Below are positions 1 through 15,970 of a stretch of 64,000 bases of DNA, in pieces. The first letter of the stretch is position 1. Each line of letters starts with the position of its first letter. The position numbers and the translations under genes are program-made. Location: positions 7,944,710 to 8,008,709 of the forward strand of contig CAVNZM010000005.1 of the NCBI GenBank assembly GCA_963693365.1, given 5' to 3'. The notes under the pieces are model-generated. The model was not told the origin of the DNA, ran no database searches, and saw only the letters and a list, made by a program, of their open reading frames with translations. Source of the stretch: Amoebidium appalachense (taxonomy: Eukaryota > Protista > Ichthyosporea).

Positions 1-604
1 ATCATGATCATTGCGAGCCCAATCAAGCATGCAGGTGCACGGCAGTAGCAAAGATCAGGCAATGGCCCTCAGCCCACACATCGCAGCTGGGGTTGAGACA
101 CAGCTGGCCGGCAACCACATATGATTGTGCGGCCTGGCAGGGGATTCTTGAACTAGATAGCGGCAGGGGGGGGGGGGGGGAGGAGGACCTGTCCGCTATA
201 ATAAATCTGGGATCCTGTGGGGCTCAAGGTGGCTCGACGGGGGGACCCAACCCACCGGCTGCCATGGTTCTGAATAGATCAAATAATACTTAGGACGATG
301 AGCGAGTGTGTGGCTCCCTCATGTGGCGGTCTATCATGGCCCATCAAGTTGGGTATTACTAAGTGATCCCATTGCATGCCCAGTCAAACAATGCTGGGAT
401 TGCTTGGCCTATGATTTGATGATTACTGAACGAGTAAACTTTTTCATGCTACACACGGCGGGCTTCTCCCCCCCCCCCCCCCCCCCCCCCCCCCAATAAA
501 AAAAACGAAAAAGAGGCCTTCCCCCCCTCCCCCCCCCCCCCCCCCCGTTGACGGGGTCCCTCACCTGCGGGAAGGCTGACTTACATTATAGTAATGCTCA
601 CTCG

Positions 605-2640
<2,036 letters not shown>

Positions 2641-2817
2641 AGTAACCAGTATTGTTACTGGAGGAGCACTACATGCTATATTCCGTCAGACAGTATGACC
2701 GTCTTAGCGCGGCAGTCTATCATCCCTGTCCCCATGTTATTATAAGTTTCGTTAGAAAGTGCCACATGGCAAACTGTCGAGGCCGATGCTGTACTTGACC
2801 GCGGGTTCCCATATGTA

Positions 2818-2899
2818 CTCCGGTGATGGAACATAGTTGCCGGCGATGGAACATTGTTGCCGGCGATGGAACATTGTTGCCGGCGATGGAACATAGTTG
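2818..2899. repeat. 20-bp tandem repeat, about 4 copies
   Basis: Unit GCCGGCGATGGAACATTGTT repeated with minor variation. Confidence 0.85.
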
Positions 2900-3662
2900 A
2901 GATCAAGAACGCACACCAAGTCTCACAGCGGGATGGAGCTGATGCGGGGAGGTCCGCAACGATCATACTCCCGAGGTTTGGTGCTGTGCAAGCCAATCAT
3001 ACATCACGAATTTTAGTCGACCAATTACTGCAAGATAAAAAAATGACCATGATCCTTGTGCTATCAAAATGCTATTGTTCAGCAACCACCAATAACAATA
3101 CACCAAGCAATTATGCCAACGAATTATAATCTGCAGGTGCTTGCGGCAAATGGTTGACCGTCTGTGCGGCAGTTGTCCGTCGGAGCCACCGCGGCGCTCG
3201 TCTGGTAGCTGCAGTGCAAAGGTGGACCTCAGCGGCAGCACCAGACACTAGCCACACATATTTTCAACTTTATTGAAACAGTCTAAAGAACACGGGCTGG
3301 AACTGCGTGGCGCAAGCAGTTGTGAAAATAGCTCTCTGTGTGGGTTGTGCACGTGTTAACGTTGGTTTGTAATGGGCCGAACCTTCAGCTTTGGAGTAGA
3401 CAAGCACTTTAAATTTCAAGCTTCCAAAGCACGCACGGATACTGTTTTGCTGACTGGCAGGGGCACGAGTACAGCCAGCATTGCTAAAAAATCACAGTGC
3501 AAGTCGTACGTGTAGCTGCACAATCAGTATTGCAAGCTATAACCACCTATCGCCTGAAACATTGCCCGACGACCGTGCACTGCACATTTCTGCGGCCGGC
3601 ACCCAGACCCTCACAGGTGTATTAGCCAACCACTACCATTAAGCTATAGCTAGGAACCTACC

Positions 3663-6600
3663 ATGCGTGCGCCCATGTTTTCATCTGTGCCCCAGCACGG
3701 CTGGGCCCGTGTGCATGTGTCAGGCCACCAGCCATGCACACATGCATCTCCGGCACACGGCCCATGGCACATGCAGGACACCCTGCAGCCCAGCTGGCCA
3801 TATGCAGCTGCCGGCAGTGGGTGGGCCCTGGCCAGCCGCCCCAAGGATGACTGCCCCACACCCAGCCATGAAGAGCCTCCCATGGCCAGGCCCAACAGCA
3901 TGCAGCAGTGCAAACCACGGTCTGAGAAGGAGAGGAATGCATCACCGAGCGGGCATGCATCAGCCCCACACACGGCCATTGCCATATGCATCTCCCCCTC
4001 ACCTACCAAGGCCAGGCCCTCGGCGCCCATAGACTGGCAAGGCAGCGTCCAGACAGCAGCAGCGGTGGGTGGGTGTGCGCACGGGCAGGGGGGCTATGAC
4101 GGGGTGCAGGGAGCCATGCGCTACGGGGAGGTGACACGGTCGGTCTACGTCGTGGCCATGGTCTATGGGGAGCGGCTGCGGCAAGCCAAGGCCAGGGGCC
4201 ACCCGCTGGGGGCGCTGGAGGCGGGCGGGCAGTGGTGCGGGCAGTGCGAGCGGGTGGGGCTGCTGGTGCTGGGCTGCAAGTACGTCGAGGACGTGCCGTG
4301 GCCCAACAGCAGGTGGGCCGTGTGGGCCGGCATGGCCCTGGCCCGCCTCAACCACGTCGAGGCCGCCCTGCTGAAGGCCCTGGGCTACGCACTGGCCGTG
4401 GCCCCCGCAGACTTTGACGCCTGTGCAAGCGCATACATGGCCGCCCTGCACAAGTGCGCCCTGCCCCCTGTCCTGCAAGGCCACCAGGTACGTGTCCTGG
4501 CACCCACTGCACATTCCAAACACACCCATGGGACACAACCCTAAGGGCGTGTTTGGCAACCCTCCAAAAAGCGTATTCGTATTTATAGCGAAAAGACGAT
4601 CAATCGTGTTTATAAAATTATTTTGTGGTATGTGTATTTAGGGCTGAAATACGATTATGCCGTACCAAACACGCCTAAACACAAAAGTTGAGCCCGCCCG
4701 ATCGTATTTACTTTTCACCAGTGGAATGCGAAAAGTGTATGTTTCAGATTTTTGATTGGGCCCAGGGGTGTAAACCAAAAATTATACATTTATTACCTCG
4801 AAGAGTAATTAAAGTCAACATGGGGCGTGTTCTTTTTTCCCTGTTTTATATGGAAATAAATACTTAGATACTTTGGTGTACATGCCAAAAGTATTCTTTA
4901 TTTATGTCGTAAAAAGGCATTATGGGGAAAAGAACAGCCACTGACCCAATTTTCACCAATACCAAACCATAATAACCATAGAAGGTACATTGCGGTGCAA
5001 ATATTGGATTGGATCAGAGTGATCCAATAGATGCTCATATCGCTTATGATTGGCTTAAAGTTATATCTCCTTTTCGAAAATCATATTTAGAGCGATGTCC
5101 ATCGTCTTTAGCGTAAATTGAAACCTGTGGCGCGTTTGGCAGGAGACATATTCGTATTCGTCTTTAGGCCGAAAAGACGAATACGATGAAAAGACGATAT
5201 AACTGTGTTGCCAAACACGCCCTAATACTGAAGTGATACACACATGCACCTCGGTGCACCCATTCACATAATGGACCACACAGCACGCACGTGCACACAC
5301 ACGGAGTGCCTGAGAAAAATTAGCCAATAACCTGCGACTGATCAACACCACACACACAAAGTGACGAGAGATAAGTCCCAGGCAAGGGAGCCTCGAGCCA
5401 ACTCAAAACTAGAACCACTTGCACACAGCAAGGGGTTTTACACTGGATTTAGCCTTGTGATCAGAGCACTACATCAACATAGACGTGGCATAATATGTGT
5501 CACACGCAGAAGAGATATCGCCTGCCGTGGTTGATGCCAACAATCATGACCATATTCATCGAAACGACAAACTAATATTGGTAGCACATACATGCATTCA
5601 GTACAACACACACCAATGAATTGATAAGCCACCGACACCGTGATCGTGTGCGTTCACCTGCTTAACCCCACAAGCCCATTTGCACACCAAGTTCCACTGC
5701 AGCAACCTTTCTCCCCCCGTGGCCCGGTGCACATGACACATGCACACACACCACACCCTCGTTATGATTATCATGCACACACACCCTCATTTTATGATTA
5801 TCATGCACACACACCCTCATTATGATTATCATGCACATACACCCTCATTATGATTATCATGCACACACACCCTCATTGTGATTATCATGCACACACACCC
5901 TCATTATGATTATCATGCACACACATAGACCTACACCCTCATTATGATTATCATGCACACACACCCTCATTATGATTATGATGCACACACACCCTCATTA
6001 TGATTATCATGCACACACATAGACCTACACCCTCATTATGATTATCATGCACACCGTCACCACCCTCATTACGATTATCATGCACACACACCCTCATTGT
6101 GATTATCATGCACACACACCCTCATTATGATTATCATGCACACACATAGACCTACACCCTCATTATGATTATCATGCGTGACACACCCTCATTATGATTA
6201 TCATGCACACACACCCTCATTATGATTATCATGCACACACATACACCCTCATTATGATTATCATGCACCGACACACCCTCATTTTATGATTATCATGCAC
6301 ACACACCCTCATTATGATTATCATGCACACACACCCTCATTATGATTATCATGCACACACACCCTCATTATGATTATCATGCACACACACCCTCATTATG
6401 ATTATCATGCACACACACCCTCATTATGATTATCATGCACACACATACACCCTCATTATGATTATCATGCACACACATACGTATACACCCTCATTATGAT
6501 TATCATGCACATACACCCTCATTATGATTATCATGCACACACATACACCCTCATTATGATTACCATGCACACACACCCTCATTATGATTATCATGCACGC

Positions 6601-7050
6601 ATGTGCACGTGCACGCACGGCCTTGGCTATTAGCATGCAGTTGAGCATGTACGGTGGACACACACAGGGTGGCACCATCGTAAGCCAAAAATGTGGCGGA
6701 AATGCCCACCACCAAGCACACATCCAGACACATTGGATACACAGTCCGTGTCCACAATGGCTCTGGGCTGCACATTTTCCCAGTCTGGTAGCAATAATGC
6801 ATGCTCTGATAATGAGTGCATCATGTGCACATGTGTACATACACATGGGCCTTTCTAACAAAAATTGCATCAGTCGCCCAGTGTCCCGGCCAGCCCGGCC
6901 CCAGCCTACCCGACTTTGGCTGCAGCGGCGTCCACTCGACCTCCCCACCGGGCCCAGCCAGTGCGCAGCCAGTGCACCCCCCAGGGGGCCATGCCGTGGG
7001 CTACTGCACGCACGGCCAAGTTCATGGGCCCACAGGGCACGTGGGTGTGA
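3663..7050 (+). CDS. Pho80/PCL (CNPPD1-like) cyclin-domain protein, spliced
   Basis: Cyclin-box-like segment VYVVAMVYGERL...LLVLGCKYVEDVPWPNSRWAVWAGMALARLNHVEAALLKALGYAL (about 4110-4420). In-frame 45-nt intron 4064-4108; donor CAG|gtacgt at 4487/4488; last exon 6874-7050 after ttctaac...catcag. Start codon uncertain. Confidence 0.7.
4545..5222. mobile_element. PIF/Harbinger-type MITE in cyclin intron
   Basis: Perfect 16-bp TIR GGGCGTGTTTGGCAAC / GTTGCCAAACACGCCC, TAA duplicated on both sides (4542-4544, 5223-5225), AT-rich non-coding interior. Confidence 0.9.
5750..6598. repeat. About 28-bp minisatellite with palindromic core
   Basis: Unit ACACCCTCATTATGATTATCATGCACAC, over 25 copies, with core ATGAT-T-ATCAT. 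Confidence 0.95.
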
Positions 7051-7764
7051 CCGTGCATATGTATGGGCCCACGTATACGAACTGCCCGTGGCTCAGGGCC
7101 CACCGTGCAAGGGCAAGAGCTGGCAGCAGTAGGGCTGCGCTGGCATAGTGAGCATACCAGATGGTGCATTAGAAATTTAGCAACAGTGGTGTAATGCATG
7201 TGCACTTTTTGTTTCTATCATTAGCTTGGTCTGGCCCACTGGGCCGTGGCAGCACCGTGGCCAGGGCTTCTGAGACGAAAGGAGTCACGTACATACGCAA
7301 AGTGACACGGTACGCGTGTAAATTTAATTCTTAAAAATAAACAGGTATAAACAGTGCACAGTGCACCTGTTAATGCTGGTGATACAAAATCAGGCATGAA
7401 ATAGTGCCACGGCACACCTGTGTGTTATTGCGGTGATAATACATACGCAGGTATAAACAGTGCCCCGGTACACATGTCAATACTGAAATACAAAAACAGG
7501 CATGATATGGTGCCATGGTACTACAGCCTGAATCAATGGGCACAAGCTTGAGCACTGGTGTCTCCACAGCCACCATGGCCCAGCGTCACCCATGCCGAGC
7601 AGTCCGAGGTGGCTGATGACGGATGTGCCATGTACCATCAGGCAAGAATGTAAAGGCATGTTGGCTGATAGGAAGGTGAGACAACATAGCTGCCAGTGAG
7701 CGGCATGTAGCCCAGGGCGCCTAGGGCAAGGCACACTGCATGGTGGTGGCGGGGCCAAGCCAGC

Positions 7765-10724
7765 TCACAGCACCATGATCTCAAAGACCACGCGGCCGGG
7801 GGGCTGCTTGGTGTCCTCTGGTTTTACTTGTTGCTGCGGCATGTTCCGTGTGCGGCCAATCCAGAGCAGGCGGGGCAGCAGCAGGTCCAGCACGTAGGCC
7901 AGCACCAGCGTCTGCAGCACATAGGGTGGCGCATGCACGTACCAAACTGCAGGCCCCCTCAGTGTGTGCACACCACATGTGTACATGCCCCTTGTGTGTG
8001 CATAGCAACTGCTCGTGCCCACCTTCGTAGCTTTGGCCAGTAGGCCCTGTGGCGCACACATCCATCCCTGCCTGTGTCCATGAACCACATGCATGCCACA
8101 GCAACTACGATGTATGTGCAAGATGTGTTGTGCTTTGCGCATGTGTGCCCTGTATTGCTCTGTGGCTGTGTGTGTGTGTGCACATGATGTGGGCCTGTGT
8201 CCCTTTGTCATGCTTGTGCTTGTTTTGTGCCTGTGTATTGTGTGTGCAATGTTGCACGTGGCAGCCTACCGCATGTTGGTGCCGCCAAGCCAGCCAGGCA
8301 CAGGGGCAGCAGCAGGACGGTGGCCAGCACAAAGAAGCGGGCATTCTGGTGGCTGCAAGCATGGTTAGTGTCCCAGCTCACAGTGCTAGCGCCATGCACC
8401 CAGGGCCCAGCCAGCACACACACACACAGCACTGTGCCCTGCCCCACAGGCCCGTGCCAGCCAAGTGGGGGGCAAGGCCATGGGCCAGGCAGGACTGTGG
8501 GGCTGGGCAGTGGGTGGGGGAGGCCATCGACACCAGAGCCCCGTGTTCATAGACCAGCACAATATCACCCATGTCGGCCTCACACGGGTTAGAGCCCAGA
8601 ACAACCCTCAGCACAGCTGCAGGCCCTCGTCTGATAGGGCCTCAGGTGCTCTACGGACTACCATTTTACCTCCACGGTCGGTGTGAGTGAGTGCGTGTGC
8701 ACGTGGCCTGTTGATCATTGCACACCCTGTATGCACAGTGACCACATGAACCACGGGTCCTGAACAAGTGGGCCCTAGCAGGGGCTAATGTAGACCCTAG
8801 AAGACTCCATTCCAAGTGCTTGAGTGGTGGTTATAGCAACAGCTGAGATCTCCACACAGAAAGGGAACAACCAAAGGCGGAGAAACTTGCCAAACCACAC
8901 ACATACATGAACACTTCTGGTTGGTTGCAACGTACATCTGCTCTAAGCCCCTCGAGCCTCCGGGAGAAACATGCTTCACCACGCACCACCACAACGACCA
9001 TGCCTTCGGGTGGTATGTATGTGCCTTGTGTGGCCACTCAAACATCACAAGCATATCAGACCCATACAGCCCACACCCCCTACTTATGCACTTGCCAGGC
9101 AGGTATGGTCTGTGTGCACGGTTGTTTTGGCTCACCTGTCGCCGTATATGTGGGCGTATGGGCGCACCCGAGCATGCAGGGCCGCAAACAGGCCGCCAGC
9201 CAGCAGCAGGAACAGCAGCGCCAGCAGCAGGCTGTAGTCCACCCCCACCTGCACCCACCAGTCAGCATCCCTCCCTCCTCCCCCTCCCCCCTTCCCTCCA
9301 GCACCCACCGCCGGGTGGTAGAGGTGCCCGGCGGTGGGCAGCAGGACGAGCAGCAGCCAGGCGGCCGCACACAGGGGCAGCAGGGGCACGAGGTACTGGC
9401 CCAGGTGGCCCGTGTAGGGCAGCCGGCCCAGGAACACCAGAAACAGCCGCTCCTGACACAGCGCCGTGGCCCCCACCAGCGTCACCCCCAGGCTGGCCAG
9501 CCCGGCGGCCGCCAGCCGCACGGCCTGGCCGGCAGGGCTGTAGGGCAGGCTAAGGGGCGTGTCCCCCGTCAGCAGGCCTAGCGTGGCTGCGGCCAGAAAC
9601 AGCGCCCCCAGCTGCGTCAGGGCGGCCGCCGGGTACAGCAGATGCAGGAAGTTGTAGCCGCGGGCCGCTATGCACACGTGGCGGCGCTGCACGTGCACGG
9701 CCACCCACAGCAGGGACAGCAGCAAGAAGTTGCACAGAAACGACCCCACCTGCCCCCCCCACCATCAGCCCCCCCCCCCCTCCCCCTCCCCTCCCCCCCC
9801 CTCCAGAGGCGCTGTACGCACCTGCAGGTCCAGGGTGGCCGTGGCCGTGTCGTGGGCCAGCAGGGTGGCATAGGCCAGGGCCAGGTCACGGGGCTGCAGG
9901 GCCAGCATGCCCAGGCACGTGTACAGCCCGCGCTGCGTGCGGTGGCTGCTGAGGGCCTGCAGCCCGGCCCAGCCTAGGCACGACTCGTTGAAGCCGTCGG
10001 CCCGCAGGGTCTGGGCCAGACCGTGCTGGGTGCGCTGCAGCTGGCTGGGGTCCAGGGGCAGCTGCGCCCCGGGCACGTAGTGGTGGGCCAGGCACGGCCA
10101 GTCCACAAGCGCGCCGCCTGCAGCCGTGTGCAGGTCCACACAGGCCGGGGCCTGGGCCCGTGTGCAGGCCACCAGGTAGAAGGGCAGGCTCAGGGCCAGC
10201 GCCAGCAGCAGCGTCAGCGGGTAGCAGCGCCAGCCATAGGCGTTGAGGGCGTGCGGCGGCTGCGTGCGCTGTTCCTTGCTGACGGCCAGCTCGTGGCCCG
10301 ACACATAGCGTGGGGGCCGGGCCAGGCTGAGCCGGAGCTGCTCCACCAAGCTGTTGAGCGTGTCGCCCTCGTCCTTGCCCTGCCCATGGATTCAGCAAGA
10401 CCAACAAAACGCCCGCCCCCCGCACCCCCACCGCCCACCGCCCACCCCCTTCACCTTCTTTGCGACCTTCTCTGCCAGCTTTGGGTCGTTGAAGGCAAAC
10501 TCCTGCTCCCGCGTCTGTGTGCGCTGCTCATCCTGCCCCGGCAGGTCCACCGTGGCCGGGGGGGAGGGCTCGGGGTCGCCACTGGACGTGTCCGAGTCGC
10601 CAGCCTCGGCCACAGCGGGTGCGGCCGCAAACGCACTGTCCTCGAAGGCGCCGGCCGGTGTGGCCAGGCTGCGGGCCCCGGCCGGGGGATCGGCGGCCCC
10701 CTCTTCGGCGGGGGGCTCAGCCAT
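7765..10724 (-). CDS. Multi-pass membrane protein of unknown function, spliced
   Basis: Acidic N-terminus MAEPPAEEGAAD..., then GC-rich exons with many hydrophobic helices (YPLTLLLALALSLPFYLV; FLCNFLLLSLLWVAV; YSLLLALLFLLLAGGLFAAL; RFFVLATVLLLPLCLAGL; YVLQTLVLAYVLDLLLP). GT-AG introns with branch points; stop at 7765. Family not recognised. Confidence 0.7.
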
Positions 10725-11967
10725 GGCCCCTGCACGGTTAACCTCGAAGCGACCACCACGGGCCTGGCTGGGGCGAGAGAGTGCCTGTGATTGTGTCTGA
10801 CTGAAGCACCTAAGCAGTGCTATCTATCCTGTTTGTGTGTCTGAAAGTCTGGGTGTGTGGAGCGCCTGGAGCTAAAAGCCAGTGTGTGTCAGGGGCGTCA
10901 CTGTGAACATGTGCAGCACCTAGGGCCAGCAGCGCAGGGCCACTGTGCGGCCAGGACTGGCTGCCAGGCAGCGTGCGCTCAGGGGCTGTCGTGGCTTTTA
11001 CGCTGCACTGTTTTGTTCTGAATGCACCTACAGGTGGCCAAGGCACCCGCTCAGGGGCCCGGCGTGTTCGTGTGTCACAGATGAACGGCTCAGTGCAGCA
11101 GCCGGCCGTTCCGGGTCAGGAATGCATACGCCGTTAACGCAAACACGGCAAGCTAGGACCTGACACAAACTAGATTTATAGGACTAAATAACCATATATG
11201 GGCAAAATGGATGTGTTGAAGCGCGCAGCAGCATGGCTGCCGTTAACATCGGCATGTATTTTATCAGGGCGGAATGGGGTGCATTCCTGACGCTGCAGTG
11301 ACGTATCATGCACATTGGCTGCAAAACTTGGCAAGGCCTACAATATGCACAATATGCATAGCTCAGTGGCACCCAGGCCGCTGAGCTGTAGGGCCTGGGC
11401 CAAGTGCTCGAACCAGCTTGTGCCTACGGCACACGTATGGACCCATACACGTGCTCAGGCCTGTACTACGCATGGCCACTACACTATCACACACGAGTCA
11501 GGGACGCCTTATGATCTATGGAGTCTGTGCGCAAGTATATACTATGCACCCAAGCATGCAGCAAAGCGCTCCCGGTCACACCCTACATAGCAGTTTCCGT
11601 ACATGCACAGTATGTCCGGATCCGTCCCACATTCCCTCTTATAACAGGCCAAGCTAGGGGTTATGTTGGTACTGTAGAAGATATATGTACACCTACTGCG
11701 TATACCACACCATCTGAAGAATGTATTGTGGAAAGCAAACCTAGGGGGGCAGCAGGAAACTTTTGCCCAGGTACTGCAACTGGAGCCAGTTTCGAATTCA
11801 CCATCATATGTGTTCATGGAAATGCATACATCATCATGTATTCACAGAGGCCTTTTTTTGCCGCTGCCGCATATGCCAGTGGCCAGCGAGCCGGACTGTT
11901 AGTAGATTGGCCAGCCGCGGCAAGATCTACTGTAGATTCCCCATTAGATCACTACATAAAACTGTCA

Positions 11968-12008
<41 letters not shown>

Positions 12009-13325
12009 CCCCGCCCCCCCCACCACCCCCCACTCTCCCCCCGTTCCGACCGATCCCGCCACTGCTCTTTTTTTTTCTTTTCTTTTTTTTCTTTTTTTTT
12101 TGATTATCGGCCCGATATTTAAGGTGCTTTAACCCAGGGTTAATTAACACATGATATCCGTGTAATTACCTACGTAAGATGTTACATTCGGCAGTGGCCC
12201 CCTTGTAACTACCCCCCTTCGTATGAGGCAAGCAAGCATGCGCGCACACACACCAACGTGCGTGCGCGCTAGTACTCCCATGGGTACCCACCCACACAGC
12301 GCGCGCACACATGCGCACATGTGACACACACATGCAAGCACGCACACAAGAACACACGTACACACACGCACACACACGCACACACAGAACCTCTAAGCCA
12401 AGCCTAATCTCCCGGTTTCAGAAACACTGGTAGGCGTTCTACGAACAAACGCATCTACCATTTGAGGGAACAACCCCCAGGGGGGGAATCGAAGGGTTGT
12501 TCCTTCCCAGTCGGCGCTGTATGCAGCCTGCATGCACGTGATACATAATTAGCTTTAGGATATCGATGCCATACATGCTGATACATGCACAACTCTAGTC
12601 ACTTTCAGTGCTGTCTCCCTGCGGTCCGGCTCAACATACCTTGTATGTCACTTCCCGCAGCATAGTAGAACCCGGCCACTTACGTAAGTTAGCTAGCGGG
12701 TACAAAGCCTTGGAGACTACACAAAGGTTCACAAACCGTTTCAGAGCAAGAGCGTGGATGGCGCCAGGCGTGCCCTGCGCTCATTGGCTGATGGCGCAGC
12801 AGATCATCTAGATCCGTACCCAACAGCCAATCAGTAGGGCGCATTCGGATCTGTGTACATCTGTATGCCAGGGTTCGTTTTCGATTTTTTGGGGTGACCA
12901 GCCCGTCCTTTCGGAATCCGCAATTTTTTTTGGAAAAAACCACGAACTTTGAAAGGCGGGGGAGAAGGGGTACTCGTTATTACTTTGTTGGAGCTTGGAC
13001 TCGGTCTGTCGGTCAGGGCACGAAGCAAGCATGCATCGTCCCCCCTCCTCCCCCCCATGTGTTTTCGTCATGAATCAGTTCAAAAAATCCGAAACGGTTT
13101 TTGGTAAATCGAACCCTGCATGTGCGTCTCCAAATGACCAAAAACGTAAACAAACAGCCCCTTCTTTTACTCGCCCAAACGCTGAAGAAGTCAGGGTCCT
13201 ATCACGTGTGATCATAACGTACGCAGGTTTGAAGTGAGCGACCAAAGACAGTCCTTGCCTGTTGGGTGCCAGCAACAGAATTTTGACGCGGCAGCACGCA
13301 CCATAGCACCAGCCTACCGCCCACC

Positions 13326-14249
13326 ATGGACGCCCTGCAGGCCAGCCACGCTGTGCCCGTGGACGCACCCATAGCCTTCCTGGACTGCACTGAGGCCTTC
13401 AGCCGCCTGACAGACAAAGAAAAGCGGTTGGCAGCTGTATTCCCCGGGGGGGGGGGGGGGGGGGGGGGGGGAGGGGGGGGGGGGGAGGGGGGGGGAGGGA
13501 CTGTTGGGCAGTGAACTGAGCCTCGCTTGTGCTGCGGCAGGTATGCACACCATCTGAGCCGGGCGGCCTGGTGTGGAGCACTGGTGGTGCCCCTGCAGGT
13601 GTCGTGGGAGTCGGCCCCCATCTTTGCCCTGCTCATGCGCCTGTTTGAAGCCCAGCCCCTGGAGGAGCTAAAAGGTATGCCAGGGGGTGGCGGTGATGGC
13701 GGGAAAGTACGGTGCATATTGGTGAGGGTGGGTGGAGGTGATGGGTGGCTGTGGTGGTGAGGGGCGAGGGAGAAAAAGGGACTGAGCGGCTGACCGGCTT
13801 AGACAGAGGCTTGCCTGTCTGCGATGGTAAGTGAGGGGGACTACGAGGCGCTGCTGGCCTATGCGGCAGCCGTGTTCGGCAACATGGGCAACTACAACGT
13901 ACGTGCAGGCCCCTGCCTGCCTGCCTGCCACGGTGGGTGGGTGCTCACAGGGCCGTGCAGTCGTTTGGCGACAGCAAGTTTGTGCCGGGGCTGCCAGCCG
14001 ACCGTGTGGAGGCCATTCTGCGGCAGGCAAAGGGCTGGGGCCCGGCCATGCAGGAGCTGTGGGAGGACGTGCGTTTCAGGTGGGGAGGGGTGGTGGTGGT
14101 GGTGGTGGTGGTGGTGGTGGTGGCCGGGGTATGGTGGTGGTGGTGGTGGCGAGGGGATGGTGGTGGTGGTGATGGCCGGGTGGTGGTGGTGGTGGTGGTG
14201 GTGGTGGTGGTGGCCGGGGAATGGTGGGCCTGGCAGGGTGCGGCTGCTG

Positions 14250-14287
<38 letters not shown>

Positions 14288-15825
14288 ATGTATTCGTTGA
14301 CGCCACGGGAGCTGCAGCTGGGGCTGGGTGCCGGCCAGGGGGTGTCGACGTACTACTCTGCCAACTGCGAGATACAGGACGCTGAGGCCGTGCAGGTGTG
14401 TGTGTGGGGGGGAGGGGAGGGCAGGCCGACAGCTGACAAGTACTTCTGGTGCAGCGGTTCATGGACGAGCGGCACATGGTGGCCTACAACACACGTGTCT
14501 TCAAACACGTGGCCAGTGACGGTTAGGGTCCACCCAGAGCGGGCGGGCTGGCAGGGCGGGATGCTGAGGGGGGTGGGTGGCAGGGCACGTGACTTATGAG
14601 CTGAGACTGGCCTCCCTGGCCGGGCCTGAGAGGGACGGAGACAGCGACCGGGGGTATTCCCTGCTGGGTAGGTGCAATGATTGGCTGGTAGGCCCTGCTG
14701 GGTGCAATGATTGGCTGGTAGGCCCTGCTGGGTGCAATGATTGGCTGGTAGGCCCTGCTGGGTGCAATGATTGGCTGGTAGGCCCTGCTGGGTGCAATGA
14801 TTGGCTGGTAGGCCCTGCTGGGTGCAATGATTGGCTGGTAGGCCCCTGCTGGGTGCAATGATTGACTGGTAGGCCCTGCTGGGTGCAATGATTGGCTGGT
14901 AGGCCCTGCTGGGTGCAATGATTGGCTGGTAGGCCCTGCTGGGTGCAGTGATTAGCTGGTAGGCCCTGCTGGGTGCAATGATTGGCTGGTAGGCCCTTCT
15001 GGGTGCAATGATTGGCTGGTAGGCCCTGCTGGATGCAATGATTGGCTGGTAGGCCCTGCTGGGTGCAATGAATGGCTAGTAGGCCCTGCTGGGTGCAATG
15101 ATTGGCTGGTAGGCCCTGCTGGGTGCAATGATTGGCTAGTAGGCCCTGCTGGGTGCAATGATTGGCTGGTAGGCCCTGCTGGGTGCAATGTTGGCTGGTA
15201 GGCCCTGCTGGGTGTGTCAGGGTGGCCTGATTGGCTGACATGGGGCCTGGGGCAGGCACGTACGAGCTGGATGCAATGCACAGGGTGCAGGTGGTCAGGG
15301 GGGACCACTCTCAGCTGTTTGAGCTGGTGGTGGCCGAGCTGGAGCAGGCCATCAGCCACTGTGCAAACGGCACGGAGAAAGGTGTGTGTGTGTGTGCCTG
15401 TGTCCAGCCATGGGGGGGAGGTGGGGGTGGGCTGAGTGGGCTGGGGCAAGGCCATGGTTGGTTGGTTGGGGGGGGAGAGGCAAAGAAATGCTGGGAGAGG
15501 GTGGCTAAGGGGGGGCAAAGAAACGCTGGGTGAGGGTGGCTAAGTGGGGGTGCCCCAAGAAATGCTGGCCAGGCACGTGGCACACTTCCGGCACGGCAAC
15601 ATCGAAGACCACAAGGACGCCTCCCGGCTGTGGATCAAAAACAAGAGCCCCCCCGTGGAAACATACATCGGCTTCATAGGTACCCCCCCTCCCCCGGTGT
15701 GCTGGCACACGTGGGCACAGCTGACCTGTGGCAGAGTCGTACCGGGACCCATATGGAGTCAGGGGGGAGTGGCGCTCATGGGTGGCCATGGTCAACAGAG
15801 AGCAGAGCGCAAAGTTCAGCACCTT

Positions 15826-15872
<47 letters not shown>

Positions 15873-15926
15873 TTTGTGTACTTATTGTGCGTGCACGTGC
15901 ATGTGCGTTTGTGCGTGTGTGTGCGT

Positions 15927-15970
<44 letters not shown>

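Noticed and set aside
3137-3251. Possible last exon of an upstream + strand gene (CLRQMVDRLCG...STRH*)
   Set aside because: A plausible acceptor but no recognisable homology or upstream exons in the window.
5750-6598. CRISPR-like array
   Set aside because: No unique spacers, eukaryotic context and no cas genes.
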